From: a virus | Taxonomy: Duplodnaviria > Caudoviricetes | DNA: 64,000 nt | Virus record (IMG/VR): IMGVR_UViG_2897113856_000001 | Location: 4,455-68,454 of that record | Strand: one strand, 5' to 3' | Shown: positions 47,765-57,455 of the stretch, in pieces | How the letters are laid out: the number at the start of each line of letters is the position of its first letter | How positions within the stretch are numbered: the first letter of the stretch is position 1 | The notes under the pieces: generated by a model | What the model was told of the DNA's origin: nothing | The model's input: only the letters and a program-made list of their open reading frames with translations | Database searches by the model: none | Translations under genes and position numbers: made by a program

Positions 47765-49813
47765 ATGCCTAATTACCCATACAAAAAAGCAGGCAATGCT
47801 TTCGATCGAGATTTTAGAAACAGCTATAACGATAATCTAGTAGATATTGCGGAAGACATTAGCGGATCATACGAAGGGTTAAAAGCTCATATTAAAGGCC
47901 CGATAGCCCATACGTCCGATCAAATAATCCATTTTGACGGTCTGACAGTATCAGATGAGATCGAGAGAGCAAAAAAACGGATAAACAACCTAATTTTAAA
48001 TGCGGACGGGACAAATATTAAAGAGGTTGTAGACCTCCGAGTGAATAATAAAGGGGAAGTTTTCGATACAGCCAACGATCGATTATTCAATACAGAAAGT
48101 AGAATTGATAACCTTTATGGGGAGCAAGTAAAAAGAGATCGAAAGTTCGAGGAGTACCTTAATTATCAAAAAATTATATTCTCTGTTTTGGCCAGGGATA
48201 ACTCTCTGCCCTTCCCACAAGCCATTTCTATAAATCAAGAAGACGATGAGTTGTATATTGCAAGGCAAGAAAACGGTGGTAGTGTTTGTATCATTTCGCG
48301 CTATGAACTATCTACATCAGCTCTGAAGGATTCCCAACAATTTACGATCACAAGTTCAACGTATAACGAGGGTATTCCTTGGTTTAAGAACTCAGAAGGG
48401 GAATTGTGCTTTCTTGTGAGGCAGCAGTTTGAAAATGAGCTTTCTATCTTTAACTATACCACTGGGGAAATAGAAGAAACGATGGAAGTTCTCGGATCAT
48501 ATAAGACGGGAAATGATATCGATAAAAAATACTTCGTTTCCGGAAACTCAACGAATGAGAGAATGGACCGGATATACATTTATGATTTTCAAAGTATTAT
48601 CGCAGGAAGTCCTAGATTGCTAATGGAGGTCTCAGTAAACAACCAAGAGATTATGTTTGAAAAGGTACAAGGGATTACTTTCCATGATAATAAAATTGTC
48701 TTAGGACAAGGAAAAGATTACCCTGCGATTACCGTTCTTAATCTAGACGGAAGCATTGCTAAGTCGTATTCATTCTCGAAAGAGTCATTCGCTGACTTAA
48801 TTGAGCAGAACTACGATTTTGACAGAGTCAATTACGCCTTCGAAAATGAGGGTGTTTGTATGTTTAATTATGATGGATACGTTATTCCGGCTCTGATGCA
48901 AATAGCGGTTGAAAGAAGCGGTAGGGAACTGGTATTTGTGACGTTAGCTGGAGCGCAAGACGGAAAGCTAATCGAGACTGCTCCGCGACCGCGGCCGAAT
49001 ATCGCAGATATAACGTACGATAAAGTCGCATTGCATATGCCGAACAGGAACTTCGTAACTAACGGAGCCTTCGACGTATGGCAGCGTGGAACTAGTTTTA
49101 CTGATGATGGGGTATTCACTGCTGACAGGTGGCTCGTTAATGCTGTTGGTACCAATGAGAGCGGGATCAATCGGACTGAAAGAGTGAAAAAGCCGATGAG
49201 TGCTCCTTTTTCTAATAAGTATGGTTTAAGAATAACGAAATTGAAAAATGTTCCGGATCTCTCGAGAACTGATTTAATACAGCGAATAGAAAATCCGACT
49301 CAATTTAGAAGCGGTGAGGAGTACACCTTGGCTTTATGGGCAAGAACCAATAAATCCTCACATAGAATCAAACTCCATCTCGATTTAGCGCACGATGGAA
49401 AACACGATAATCTTGCGGTTAGATCTTGCCAAGTGACAAGTCGATTCACATTCTTTGTGTTGAATATAAAGATGCCCGATATGTCCTCATATAAATTTTT
49501 GGAAGAAGACTACGTTGAAGTTCAAATAGATGTCGACACAACAAACAGTTCTTCCTATGATAGTTTGGCTCCCAGCGAATGGGTAGAATTTTACCTAGTC
49601 AAATTAGAAAAAGGAAGGCTTGCTACGCCGTATGTCGCAAGACCGTTGACTGAAGAAATAGCCGAGTGTCAAAGATATTACCAAGTCCTCAGCACCGGCT
49701 CTGTAAAGCAAGTTGATCTTAGGCCGATGATGCGTAAAGCGCCAACAGTTACACAAAGATCTGACGGGAATTACGGGTACGATGCGGAGCTACCTGAAAC
49801 TCCAACATACTAA
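47765..49813 (+). CDS. Receptor-binding/baseplate protein (propeller + carbohydrate-binding-like C-terminus)
   Basis: EVVDLR N-terminus; FENEG; NGAFDVWQRG..CQRYYQ. Confidence 0.7.
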   Translation: MPNYPYKKAGNAFDRDFRNSYNDNLVDIAEDISGSYEGLKAHIKGPIAHTSDQIIHFDGLTVSDEIERAKKRINNLILNADGTNIKEVVDLRVNNKGEVFDTANDRLFNTESRIDNLYGEQVKRDRKFEEYLNYQKIIFSVLARDNSLPFPQAISINQEDDELYIARQENGGSVCIISRYELSTSALKDSQQFTITSSTYNEGIPWFKNSEGELCFLVRQQFENELSIFNYTTGEIEETMEVLGSYKTGNDIDKKYFVSGNSTNERMDRIYIYDFQSIIAGSPRLLMEVSVNNQEIMFEKVQGITFHDNKIVLGQGKDYPAITVLNLDGSIAKSYSFSKESFADLIEQNYDFDRVNYAFENEGVCMFNYDGYVIPALMQIAVERSGRELVFVTLAGAQDGKLIETAPRPRPNIADITYDKVALHMPNRNFVTNGAFDVWQRGTSFTDDGVFTADRWLVNAVGTNESGINRTERVKKPMSAPFSNKYGLRITKLKNVPDLSRTDLIQRIENPTQFRSGEEYTLALWARTNKSSHRIKLHLDLAHDGKHDNLAVRSCQVTSRFTFFVLNIKMPDMSSYKFLEEDYVEVQIDVDTTNSSSYDSLAPSEWVEFYLVKLEKGRLATPYVARPLTEEIAECQRYYQVLSTGSVKQVDLRPMMRKAPTVTQRSDGNYGYDAELPETPTY

Positions 49814-49833
49814 AAGAAAGGGAGGTAATACTG

Positions 49834-51057
49834 TTGGCTATTTATAAAACCGGCTCTTACACGTTTGATATAAACCCGATAACAGAAGGAAATTATAATT
49901 CAGCTTTTATATTTTCGACGCAAGATATTAATACGGCAAAGTTGATATTTTATTTACGCAAGGACGGCATCCCTTTGCCCCTATCAGCTGTGACCGGGAA
50001 AGTAATCCTCGTTCCGCCAAGCGGCAAGCAAAGAATACGGGACGTCACGATAGTCGATCCGTTGAATGGTGTCGCAGAGTACGTATTGGATGAGGACGAA
50101 ATCAAAATGTACGGTAAATTCGACTGCCAGCTAATTTTGAAATACACGAACGGCCAATCACTCTCTGCGCATAAATTCGGCTTTGAGGTATCGCAAAGTC
50201 TTGCGGACCGGAATATCGCACCTCTTGCGGAATATTACGTCGATGATTTTGAATCGTTAAAAGCGTTGATCATCGCGCTGTATGACGAAGAGACAGTGAT
50301 GCTCGACGAATTAAAAGCGAAGTTCTCGGATCTCGACCGGATCGAGACGAAAGAGGGAGCGCAGGAAAAGGCAGATGCAGCGGAAGCTAACGCAAACGCT
50401 TATACGGATGCACACGCAGCCAAGACGAACAATCCGCACAAGGTAACAAAAGCTCAAGTCGGCCTGTCCAACGTCGATAACGTCAAGCAAGCATCGAAAA
50501 CAGAGTTTGATAGCCACGTCAATGACACGAGTAACCCGCACGATGTGACAAAAGCGCAAATCGGCTTATCGAATGTAGATGACGTACAGCAGGCGAGTAA
50601 AAAAGAATTTGATGCGCATGACGACGATACTACCCGGCATATCACAGCTGATGAGCGCATTGCCTGGAACGCTAAGGAAACGACGACGGGCGCGCAGGAA
50701 AAAGCGGATAAGGCTCTTTCTGATGCCAAGACTTACGTATCTAACTTTTCGTGGGTTGTTGCGACTTTGCAGAACGGCTGGGCTCACTACAACGGCGGCG
50801 AAGATGTAGTCTTCGGAATTGACGCGACGAAAACGGTATGGGTGCGAGGGGCAGCAAAAGGAGGCGTTACTGGAACGACAGTTTTCACACTTCCGGAAAA
50901 CATGCGTCCGATTCGCGATATGGGTTGCATCCAAATAGCGTCGGGTACCGCGCAGGTGGCTAGGTTGCTCTTTAGGGCGACTGGTGAAGTAGTAGTTGAG
51001 AACGTATCAAGCAATACAAATTATATTCGATTTGATTTCTCATTTAAAGCATTGTAG
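49834..51057 (+). CDS. BppU-like upper baseplate/fibre protein
   Basis: FSTQDINTAKLIF; tandem NPHxVTKAQxGLSNVD repeats. Confidence 0.8.
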   Translation: MAIYKTGSYTFDINPITEGNYNSAFIFSTQDINTAKLIFYLRKDGIPLPLSAVTGKVILVPPSGKQRIRDVTIVDPLNGVAEYVLDEDEIKMYGKFDCQLILKYTNGQSLSAHKFGFEVSQSLADRNIAPLAEYYVDDFESLKALIIALYDEETVMLDELKAKFSDLDRIETKEGAQEKADAAEANANAYTDAHAAKTNNPHKVTKAQVGLSNVDNVKQASKTEFDSHVNDTSNPHDVTKAQIGLSNVDDVQQASKKEFDAHDDDTTRHITADERIAWNAKETTTGAQEKADKALSDAKTYVSNFSWVVATLQNGWAHYNGGEDVVFGIDATKTVWVRGAAKGGVTGTTVFTLPENMRPIRDMGCIQIASGTAQVARLLFRATGEVVVENVSSNTNYIRFDFSFKAL

Positions 51058-51072
51058 AGGAGCTGTTATCAA

Positions 51073-51366
51073 ATGAAACAAATATACAAATACGACAGCA
51101 AAATGAATTATGTGCCGTCTGAAAATAAGATCATCAATGACGGAGAGGATATTCCGAAAGGCTACACGGATATCCCTCCGGTTAATCCCGGCGGTGCCGG
51201 TATGTATAAACCTGTATTCGATAAAGACAAATCAGAGTGGCGAGAAACAGCTACGAAAGAATATATCGATAGTCTCCAACCGCCTGATCCCGGACCGTCA
51301 GAAATGGAAGTTCTCCGGAAACAAGTGGCGGATTTATACTACTTAATCGCGTTAGGAGGTTCGTAA
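51073..51366 (+). CDS. Phage tail-associated protein
   Basis: IPKGYTDIPP..KPVFD..WRE; precedes XkdX. Confidence 0.65.
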   Translation: MKQIYKYDSKMNYVPSENKIINDGEDIPKGYTDIPPVNPGGAGMYKPVFDKDKSEWRETATKEYIDSLQPPDPGPSEMEVLRKQVADLYYLIALGGS

Positions 51367-51561
51367 ATGCCCATCGATTGGTACACGTATATTAAAGGGT
51401 TCTATGAAGACGGTCTTTGGACGAAAAAGCAAGTGCATGACGTTGTGGCTGCCGGACGGATCACGCCGGAACAATACGAGGAAATTACCGGAGATCCTTA
51501 CGATCCTGATTCGCCACCAAACGAAGACGAAAACGTAACTAATAGCGAACAGGAGGCGTAG
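51367..51561 (+). CDS. XkdX-family protein
   Basis: FYEDGLWT..ITPEQYEEITG. Confidence 0.85.
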   Translation: MPIDWYTYIKGFYEDGLWTKKQVHDVVAAGRITPEQYEEITGDPYDPDSPPNEDENVTNSEQEA

Positions 51562-51564
51562 TCA

Positions 51565-51828
51565 TTGGGCGAACCGTCGAACAACGAATTGCACGGTAAG
51601 ATTGCCGATATTCGCGAATGGCTTGTACGAATCGATACGAAGGTTGACTATTTCAACGAAGTAAAACATACGGCAGATCGAGCGCATGAAAAGGCAGATG
51701 AAGCGTTGGCACTTGCGAAAGAAAGTCGGGCGGATATCTCCGACATGAAAGCAAATACGAAATGGTTATGGGGCGTAATTCTCACGGTCGTCGGGTTGGC
51801 GATATCGGGGATTGCGCTATTTTTATGA
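51565..51828 (+). CDS. XhlA-like holin/hemolysin
   Basis: LVRIDTK..ANTKWLW + C-terminal TM. Confidence 0.75.
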   Translation: MGEPSNNELHGKIADIREWLVRIDTKVDYFNEVKHTADRAHEKADEALALAKESRADISDMKANTKWLWGVILTVVGLAISGIALFL

Positions 51829-51894
51829 GCCCGTTCGGTGAGAGTCCGGCGGGCTTTTTATATACGCAAAATTAACGAAAAGGGAGACGATTAA

Positions 51895-52821
51895 ATGGCG
51901 ATTTCAGTCAAGAAAAACCTCGTCGCGTCAAGTAAGTATTCCGTTAAGTGTCCGTATTCAATGGATGCGAAGTACATTACGTTTCACAATACGGCAAACG
52001 ACGCTTCAGCAGCGAATGAAATTGCGTACATGATCCGCAATAACAACGAAGTATCGTATCACTTCGCGGTAGACGATAAAGAGGTCGTTCAGGGGATTCC
52101 AACTAACCGTAACGCATGGCATTGCGGAGACAGGAACGGACCGGGCAACCGTTCATCTATCGGTGTCGAGGTTTGCTACTCGAAATCAGGCGGCGCTAAG
52201 TATAAAGCGGCAGAAAAACTTGCGATTAAATTCATCGCTCAGCTTTTAAAAGAGCGCGGTTGGGGCGTTGATCGCGTTAAAAAACACCAGGATTGGAGCG
52301 GAAAATACTGCCCGCACCGTGTACTCGATGAGGGACGTTGGGATGCGGTGAAAGCGGCCATCGCTGCGGAATTGAAGGCGCTCGGAGGAAAGTCGTCTAG
52401 TTCAGCGTCTAAGCCATCCGGCGCAACTTACACCGTTAAGAAAGGCGACACGCTTTCGGAAATCGCGGTTAAAACAGGCGTTAGTGTGGCGAAACTCCAG
52501 TCCTATAACGGTATTAAAAATCCGAACAAAATCATGGTCGGCCAGGTTCTGAATCTTACGGGAAGCAGCGGTTCCAAACCGTCATCAAGCGGTAAGAAAT
52601 GCGTATATCTTCCGGCATCTGCCGACTCATGGCGCATCTATCCGACTAACAAAGCGCCGGTCAAAGGGAACGAATGCGGATTCTTGCGGCCGAAGAAATT
52701 TGGCGGTCTTAAATACGAGATCCTTGCGAACCCTCAAACGGACGTCTATACAATCAAGACGGATCAGTTCGGAAAAGTGAATATCTACGCGGCGAAATCA
52801 ACTGGCGCAACTATTAAATAA
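51895..52821 (+). CDS. Endolysin, N-acetylmuramoyl-L-alanine amidase (Amidase_2 + LysM)
   Basis: HNTAND, AWHCGD, HQDWSGKYCP, YTVKKGDTLSEIA. Confidence 0.93.
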   Translation: MAISVKKNLVASSKYSVKCPYSMDAKYITFHNTANDASAANEIAYMIRNNNEVSYHFAVDDKEVVQGIPTNRNAWHCGDRNGPGNRSSIGVEVCYSKSGGAKYKAAEKLAIKFIAQLLKERGWGVDRVKKHQDWSGKYCPHRVLDEGRWDAVKAAIAAELKALGGKSSSSASKPSGATYTVKKGDTLSEIAVKTGVSVAKLQSYNGIKNPNKIMVGQVLNLTGSSGSKPSSSGKKCVYLPASADSWRIYPTNKAPVKGNECGFLRPKKFGGLKYEILANPQTDVYTIKTDQFGKVNIYAAKSTGATIK

Positions 52822-52842
52822 CAGAAAAGGGAGACGATATAA

Positions 52843-53100
52843 ATGGAAGAAGTATTATTATTTGCGACTGTGTTGGCGCCCATCCTAACGGCGCTTGTTC
52901 AACTTGTTAAGAAAACGATTAACATGCCGACCAATGTTGTGCCTGCGGTTAGCTTCGTTTTAGGAATCGCACTCGGAGCCGTGGCCTATCCGTTTACGGA
53001 CCTCGAACTAGTATTGCGGTTGTGGGCCGGCGGTTTTGCGGGACTGGCTGCGACGGGTCTTTTCGAGATCGGCGCAAAACGTGAAGGAACGACTAAGTAA
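52843..53100 (+). CDS. Holin
   Basis: Three TMs, GGFAGLAATGLFE. Confidence 0.85.
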   Translation: MEEVLLFATVLAPILTALVQLVKKTINMPTNVVPAVSFVLGIALGAVAYPFTDLELVLRLWAGGFAGLAATGLFEIGAKREGTTK

Positions 53101-53188
53101 GCGGAACTTTTGGCGGGCGCCTGCGTATAAATTCGTAGGTGCTCGTACACATAAATCAGCTATACTATAAATAACGGAGGTTGATCGA

Positions 53189-53506
53189 ATGGATTTCGTA
53201 CGTGTAGAAGTACTGAAGAGGCGGATGTCGGTTGGGCGTATAATTCCTCGCGTTCTTTCAGGCCTAATTGGATTGTTCTTGTTGTTGATCAGCATAATAT
53301 TGTTCGTTACTATTATCGGTATACTGCCAGGAATAGGTTTAGGCGGCATCGGACTCCTCTTCTTAGTCGGAGCATTTACGGGCAGTGAGCAGTTCGAATG
53401 CCCTCGTTGCGGATTCAAAAAGAATATTATTCTATACGGAAAACATAACGCAAGCTGTCGAAAATGTAAACAAAACATAGCGATAGACTGGATAAAGGAT
53501 AAATAA
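53189..53506 (+). CDS. Membrane protein with Zn ribbon
   Basis: TM hairpin + CPRC..CRKC. Confidence 0.75.
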   Translation: MDFVRVEVLKRRMSVGRIIPRVLSGLIGLFLLLISIILFVTIIGILPGIGLGGIGLLFLVGAFTGSEQFECPRCGFKKNIILYGKHNASCRKCKQNIAIDWIKDK

Positions 53507-53543
53507 AAACTCTACCCTTATCCGGTAGAGTTTTTTTCTTTCT

Positions 53544-53810
53544 TTAATATATCTCATTTTCGCCGATTTTATCGGCTGCTACATACACCATTTCATCCTT
53601 ATGCAGAATACTTCCTTTATACGAAGGTGACCCAAGAACGCTTTCTTTCTCTGTTTCACCATACAATTTAATGTTATAGACATCAGAGCTATGATTTTCT
53701 GTGGTGTTGAAATAAAGGTATAGTTCGTCTCTCTCGCTTTGTAGAGAAACTAATTCGCTACCAGACGGAACTACGATTACATCACTGTATTTTTGTTTAA
53801 TAATAGACAT
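53544..53810 (-). CDS. Hypothetical protein co-oriented with glycosyltransferase
   Basis: GAGGAG SD. Confidence 0.6.
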   Translation of the reverse strand: MSIIKQKYSDVIVVPSGSELVSLQSERDELYLYFNTTENHSSDVYNIKLYGETEKESVLGSPSYKGSILHKDEMVYVAADKIGENEIY

Positions 53811-53830
53811 TTTATTCTCTCCTCGCGTTG

Positions 53831-55345
53831 CTACTTCGAAAGTTGTTTAAACAGGCCTAACCAATTCTTCTTATAACGAGCATAACTAAACCGCTTGTAC
53901 ACATCCAATGAATTTTTCGCGAACTTTTTCTGTTTCTTGCTGTCCAACATTAATTCAATTACTTTTTCCGCAACTTCTTCGTAGTTATTGTATTCTGTTA
54001 GGTATCCGTCTTTTCCGTCTCTGATAAGTGTTTCCGGTCCGTACTTCGTCCGGTAACTAACTACTGGCGTTTGGTTGGCTAGACTCTCCATGATCACTAG
54101 ACAAAAGCCTTCAAAACGGGACGTCATAATAGACAATCCATGTTTTTGGATTTCTCTATTAACGTTATGGGTGAACCCGTGAATATAAACATTGTTTTCG
54201 AGTTTTAACTCCTTTATTAACGCTTGTAAATTTTCTTTCTCTTTTCCATAACCAAAGATGTGATACTCGGCTTCTTTAATAGTATCGACTACAATACGGA
54301 AAGCTCGAATTCCGTCCGCGATATTTTTGCTGTCCTCCAAGCGAGCTAGTGTTATGGCTGATTTAGGATTTCGCTCAATTGATTCATCTAGTATTTCATC
54401 TTTGTCCAATGTGACCGCATGAGGAACTACAACAAATCGTTTATCCTTACCGTAGTCTTCCTCGACATCCCTTTTTTGTTCTTCAGTTAAGAAAACAATC
54501 GCATCGAATTCATCCCTGTGATCAAATATCTCTTTATACACGCGCCTATATGGAGATCCTTTAACGTGTGGCTTATCAAGATGCGTATTATGCAAGGTTA
54601 CGATTTTATAACAATCGTTGCTCACCTTACGGAAAACATCTAGTAATCCCAATTCATCAAGCATTAAAAACGGATTCGTGTAATCTTTTAGAACAGACTC
54701 AACCCAATAGACGTGCGCATCAGTTATATGATTAAATGCTTTGTTAATTCCAGCGTGAATAACACACTTCGTTCTCTTCCCTGAAGAATTTACCCAAACA
54801 GATAAATAACATTCCTCATTAATATCATAATATTTTTCAAACGCAGGTTTGTTGTTCTGAAGGTTGTATCTAATCTCACGTCTCTTTCTGCCGTTAAGAT
54901 CATACTCAACTCTATGGGTACGTTGGAGATTAAGGTCACGATAATCAATGAACTTAAGTCTCATTTCTTCGTCGAATAGTTTGTACTTTACATAGTTCCC
55001 GTCCTTATCATAGTACCTGTAGCCATTTGTATTAGGGCGTTCATCTATATAGTGAGAAAGCCCATCCTCGACCAACCCAAGCTCAGGAGATTTATCCTTA
55101 TTAGAGATGCGCTCAGGTAAGTTGTAGAAGTGCTCGTGAAAATTGTATACCTCGATATTCTCCGCGAGTCTCCCTCTTTCTTTCATCCTAGAGATAATGT
55201 GTTCGTGGTTATTTTGAAAATTAAGAGTTAGAAACGAGACTTCTCCCCGCTCTGTAGCAACCATATTAGCACGTCTTTCGGTTGCGAGAGCCATTCCGGA
55301 TCTAACTTCGTCTAAGAAATCAATAAGTATAAAATTATGATTCAT
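53831..55345 (-). CDS. GT4 glycosyltransferase, TagE/GtfA-like
   Basis: ARLEDSK, TSRFEGFCLVIMESL, KYGPETLIRDG; N-terminal beta-rich insert. Confidence 0.85.
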   Translation of the reverse strand: MNHNFILIDFLDEVRSGMALATERRANMVATERGEVSFLTLNFQNNHEHIISRMKERGRLAENIEVYNFHEHFYNLPERISNKDKSPELGLVEDGLSHYIDERPNTNGYRYYDKDGNYVKYKLFDEEMRLKFIDYRDLNLQRTHRVEYDLNGRKRREIRYNLQNNKPAFEKYYDINEECYLSVWVNSSGKRTKCVIHAGINKAFNHITDAHVYWVESVLKDYTNPFLMLDELGLLDVFRKVSNDCYKIVTLHNTHLDKPHVKGSPYRRVYKEIFDHRDEFDAIVFLTEEQKRDVEEDYGKDKRFVVVPHAVTLDKDEILDESIERNPKSAITLARLEDSKNIADGIRAFRIVVDTIKEAEYHIFGYGKEKENLQALIKELKLENNVYIHGFTHNVNREIQKHGLSIMTSRFEGFCLVIMESLANQTPVVSYRTKYGPETLIRDGKDGYLTEYNNYEEVAEKVIELMLDSKKQKKFAKNSLDVYKRFSYARYKKNWLGLFKQLSK

Positions 55346-55408
55346 GAAATTCTCCTTAGTAATTTATTACTATTAGTATACATTAAATTCGAATGCAAGT
55401 GTTACTGT

Positions 55409-55624
55409 TTACCTGTCCTTTTCTATTTCGATAATTTCCCGAACATCATCAATCTCAAACGTATTTACAATTCGTTCTAAGTGGTCGATTGAAACGCGGA
55501 CAACATGGTTTCGAGAAAGTTGCGAAATTGCGGCTGGTCTGATCCCGACCTTTTCGGCGAATTCACCCTGATTTAGTCCGTAGCGATCCATTAGCTTATC
55601 GATTCGTAGAACTACTCGTCTCAT
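55409..55624 (-). CDS. XRE HTH regulator (paralog of 29086)
   Basis: GIRPAAISQL..DHLERI..DVREII. Confidence 0.85.
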   Translation of the reverse strand: MRRVVLRIDKLMDRYGLNQGEFAEKVGIRPAAISQLSRNHVVRVSIDHLERIVNTFEIDDVREIIEIEKDR

Positions 55625-55718
55625 CGTTCTGCCTCCAATCGTTTTATTTAATTATAATGCACGAAAGTGTTTTCGTAAATACGTAAAAAAGAAATTTACG
55701 CAAAAACGAAAATAATCG

Positions 55719-55747
55719 TTGACTAGTATTACGCATAAACGTAAAAT
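55719..55747 (+). promoter_or_regulatory. sigA promoter with operator in spacer
   Basis: TTGACT-17-TAAAAT containing ACGCATAAACGT. Confidence 0.7.
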
Positions 55748-55783
55748 ACGTATTAACAAATGATACGTAAAGGCGGAATCGTT

Positions 55784-56602
55784 ATGCATTACTTAGCGGA
55801 ATACCAAACGTTCGACTCGACGGCCGAACTCAACGCGGCAGTCTACGAACACATCAAACGCAATACATACGAACTAAACGACACCGACCGGCTTACGCTG
55901 AAGACGATCGCTCGCTATGCGGTCAAGTTCGCCGGCGCAGCGCATCTCAAAGCGGAGACACTCGCAGACCTCATCGGAAAGTCCGTCAAGACTGCGCGTC
56001 GTGCCGTCAACAAACTCGCATCACTTTCGATCATCCAGAAGATCGCAACGACACGGAAAATAAACGGTGGTCACGGCGCCAATATCGTCGTTATTCTCCC
56101 GGTCGGAAGAAGAGTCGAGGACACGCAACTGTCCGAAGATGACCAGTCGACAATGACCACGCGTGGGGATGCCGAAAAGCCAACGGAGCCAACGGATGAA
56201 GCGCCTAAAATTACGAATGAACCATCGGATTCTATAAATCTTTCAAAAAATCACGTAATAGATACGGTGCCGGCCTGCGGTCTTAAAAATGCGTTACCAA
56301 GCGAAATCTACTCCGCAATGGCGCGCTACTTCGAAGCAGACGAAATTTATAAATACTACGGAATCTTATTGCGGGCTAAGGCAAGCGTAGATCCGACACT
56401 GATACTCGAAGAACATCCGCAGCCATTCGTTGAAGCGTGGCATGCAGCGATTCTCAAACGAAAACAGCGGAAAATTAGACGCTTTGACGACTACCTATAC
56501 GCTAGCTTCCGACAAGCCGCATGGACAGTAAAAGCCCGTGAAAATCGCGTTAAAAACGTTGGGCTATTGGCGGAGTTCGAAACGTTCCTCCAAGCGGAAT
56601 AG
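55784..56602 (+). CDS. Winged-HTH Rep-like protein
   Basis: LKAETLADLIGKSVKTARRAVNKL..GGHGAN. Confidence 0.7.
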   Translation: MHYLAEYQTFDSTAELNAAVYEHIKRNTYELNDTDRLTLKTIARYAVKFAGAAHLKAETLADLIGKSVKTARRAVNKLASLSIIQKIATTRKINGGHGANIVVILPVGRRVEDTQLSEDDQSTMTTRGDAEKPTEPTDEAPKITNEPSDSINLSKNHVIDTVPACGLKNALPSEIYSAMARYFEADEIYKYYGILLRAKASVDPTLILEEHPQPFVEAWHAAILKRKQRKIRRFDDYLYASFRQAAWTVKARENRVKNVGLLAEFETFLQAE

Positions 56603-56610
56603 ATTGCGTA

Positions 56611-56624
56611 AGAACATTTGTTCG
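56611..56624. promoter_or_regulatory. LexA/DinR SOS box upstream of yolD
   Basis: AGAACATTTGTTCG within TTGCGT-18-TATACT. Confidence 0.8.
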
Positions 56625-56674
56625 TGTTATACTTTCGTCATAGATAACGAATAGGACCGAAGGAGGAACCACGA

Positions 56675-57004
56675 ATGACATTACGCGATAGAGGGACGAT
56701 GAAATGGACGTCTATATTCTTGCCGGAGCACATTTCACAGCTTAGGCGCCTTAAATCCGAAATCGATCACGCATATGAGCGGAAGCCGTCGATTGATCCG
56801 GAGCAGTGGTCGGACTTTGAATCGAAAATACAATACGCATACAGGACCGGCCAGGATTGTGAGATCCGTTACTGGCGGAATTGGGTGACGGAAAGGGTGA
56901 GCGGCGTGATTGAATCCGTGGATCCGGTCGGAGGGACATTGCGGATTGACGGCGTTGACATACCGTTCAGGGAGATCGTGTGGGTTGCGTTGGAGGACGT
57001 GTGA
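56675..57004 (+). CDS. yolD: YolD-like protein
   Basis: RDRGTMKW..LPEH signature. Confidence 0.9.
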   Translation: MTLRDRGTMKWTSIFLPEHISQLRRLKSEIDHAYERKPSIDPEQWSDFESKIQYAYRTGQDCEIRYWRNWVTERVSGVIESVDPVGGTLRIDGVDIPFREIVWVALEDV

Positions 57005-57139
57005 TCTCGTCACAATTTACGACAAACACATCAGTGCGCACGATTTTTATTTTGCGAAACTTAAAACGTAGCTACTAATGGAGGAAAAACGTTAATATTG
57101 CACGGATTTAATATTTCGCAAAAAATTTGGTCGTGCGTA

Positions 57140-57168
57140 TTGACACCTACGGAATACCGTGATATATT
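57140..57168 (+). promoter_or_regulatory. Strong sigA promoter upstream of tRNA
   Basis: TTGACA-17-TATATT with extended TG. Confidence 0.75.
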
Positions 57169-57308
57169 AGTATTCGTCGGTGACGATCCGGATGCGTACG
57201 ATTGACATAGCGCTTAATATGACGCGCGATAATCGTATATCAAACGAATCATACGCACATACACCGAATCTTACGAAACGGTATAGGGTCAGATCGCCCA
57301 ACACACAT

Positions 57309-57390
57309 GCCGGTGTGGCGGAATTGGCAGACGCGCACGACTCAAAATCGTGTTCCTTCGGGAGTGTCGGTTCGACCCCGACCACCGGTA
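57309..57390 (+). tRNA. tRNA-Leu(CAA), probable attR
   Basis: GCCGGTG acceptor stem, CACGA-CTCAAAA-TCGTG anticodon arm, variable arm, GGTTCGAC T-loop; CCA not encoded. Confidence 0.95.
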
Positions 57391-57419
57391 TCACTAAACA
57401 TCGTATTGCCAAACGATGA

Positions 57420-57455
57420 AAGAGCGTTCCTACAAAAGGAGCGCTCTTTTTATTT
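57420..57455 (+). terminator. Terminator after tRNA
   Basis: AGAGCGTTCCT/AGGAGCGCTCT + T tract. Confidence 0.8.

Larger units (their letters stand above)
1..57390. mobile_element. Temperate siphovirus prophage (left end outside window), right end at tRNA-Leu(CAA)
   Basis: Contiguous replication, nucleotide metabolism, terminase/portal/capsid/tail, lysis and YolD modules ending at a tRNA. Confidence 0.93.

Noticed and set aside
50420-50620. Repeats in BppU as DGR template/variable repeats
   Set aside because: In-frame tandem protein repeats; no reverse transcriptase in window
57202-57233. Second TTGACA promoter before the tRNA
   Set aside because: Best -10 (GATAAT) is 20 bp away
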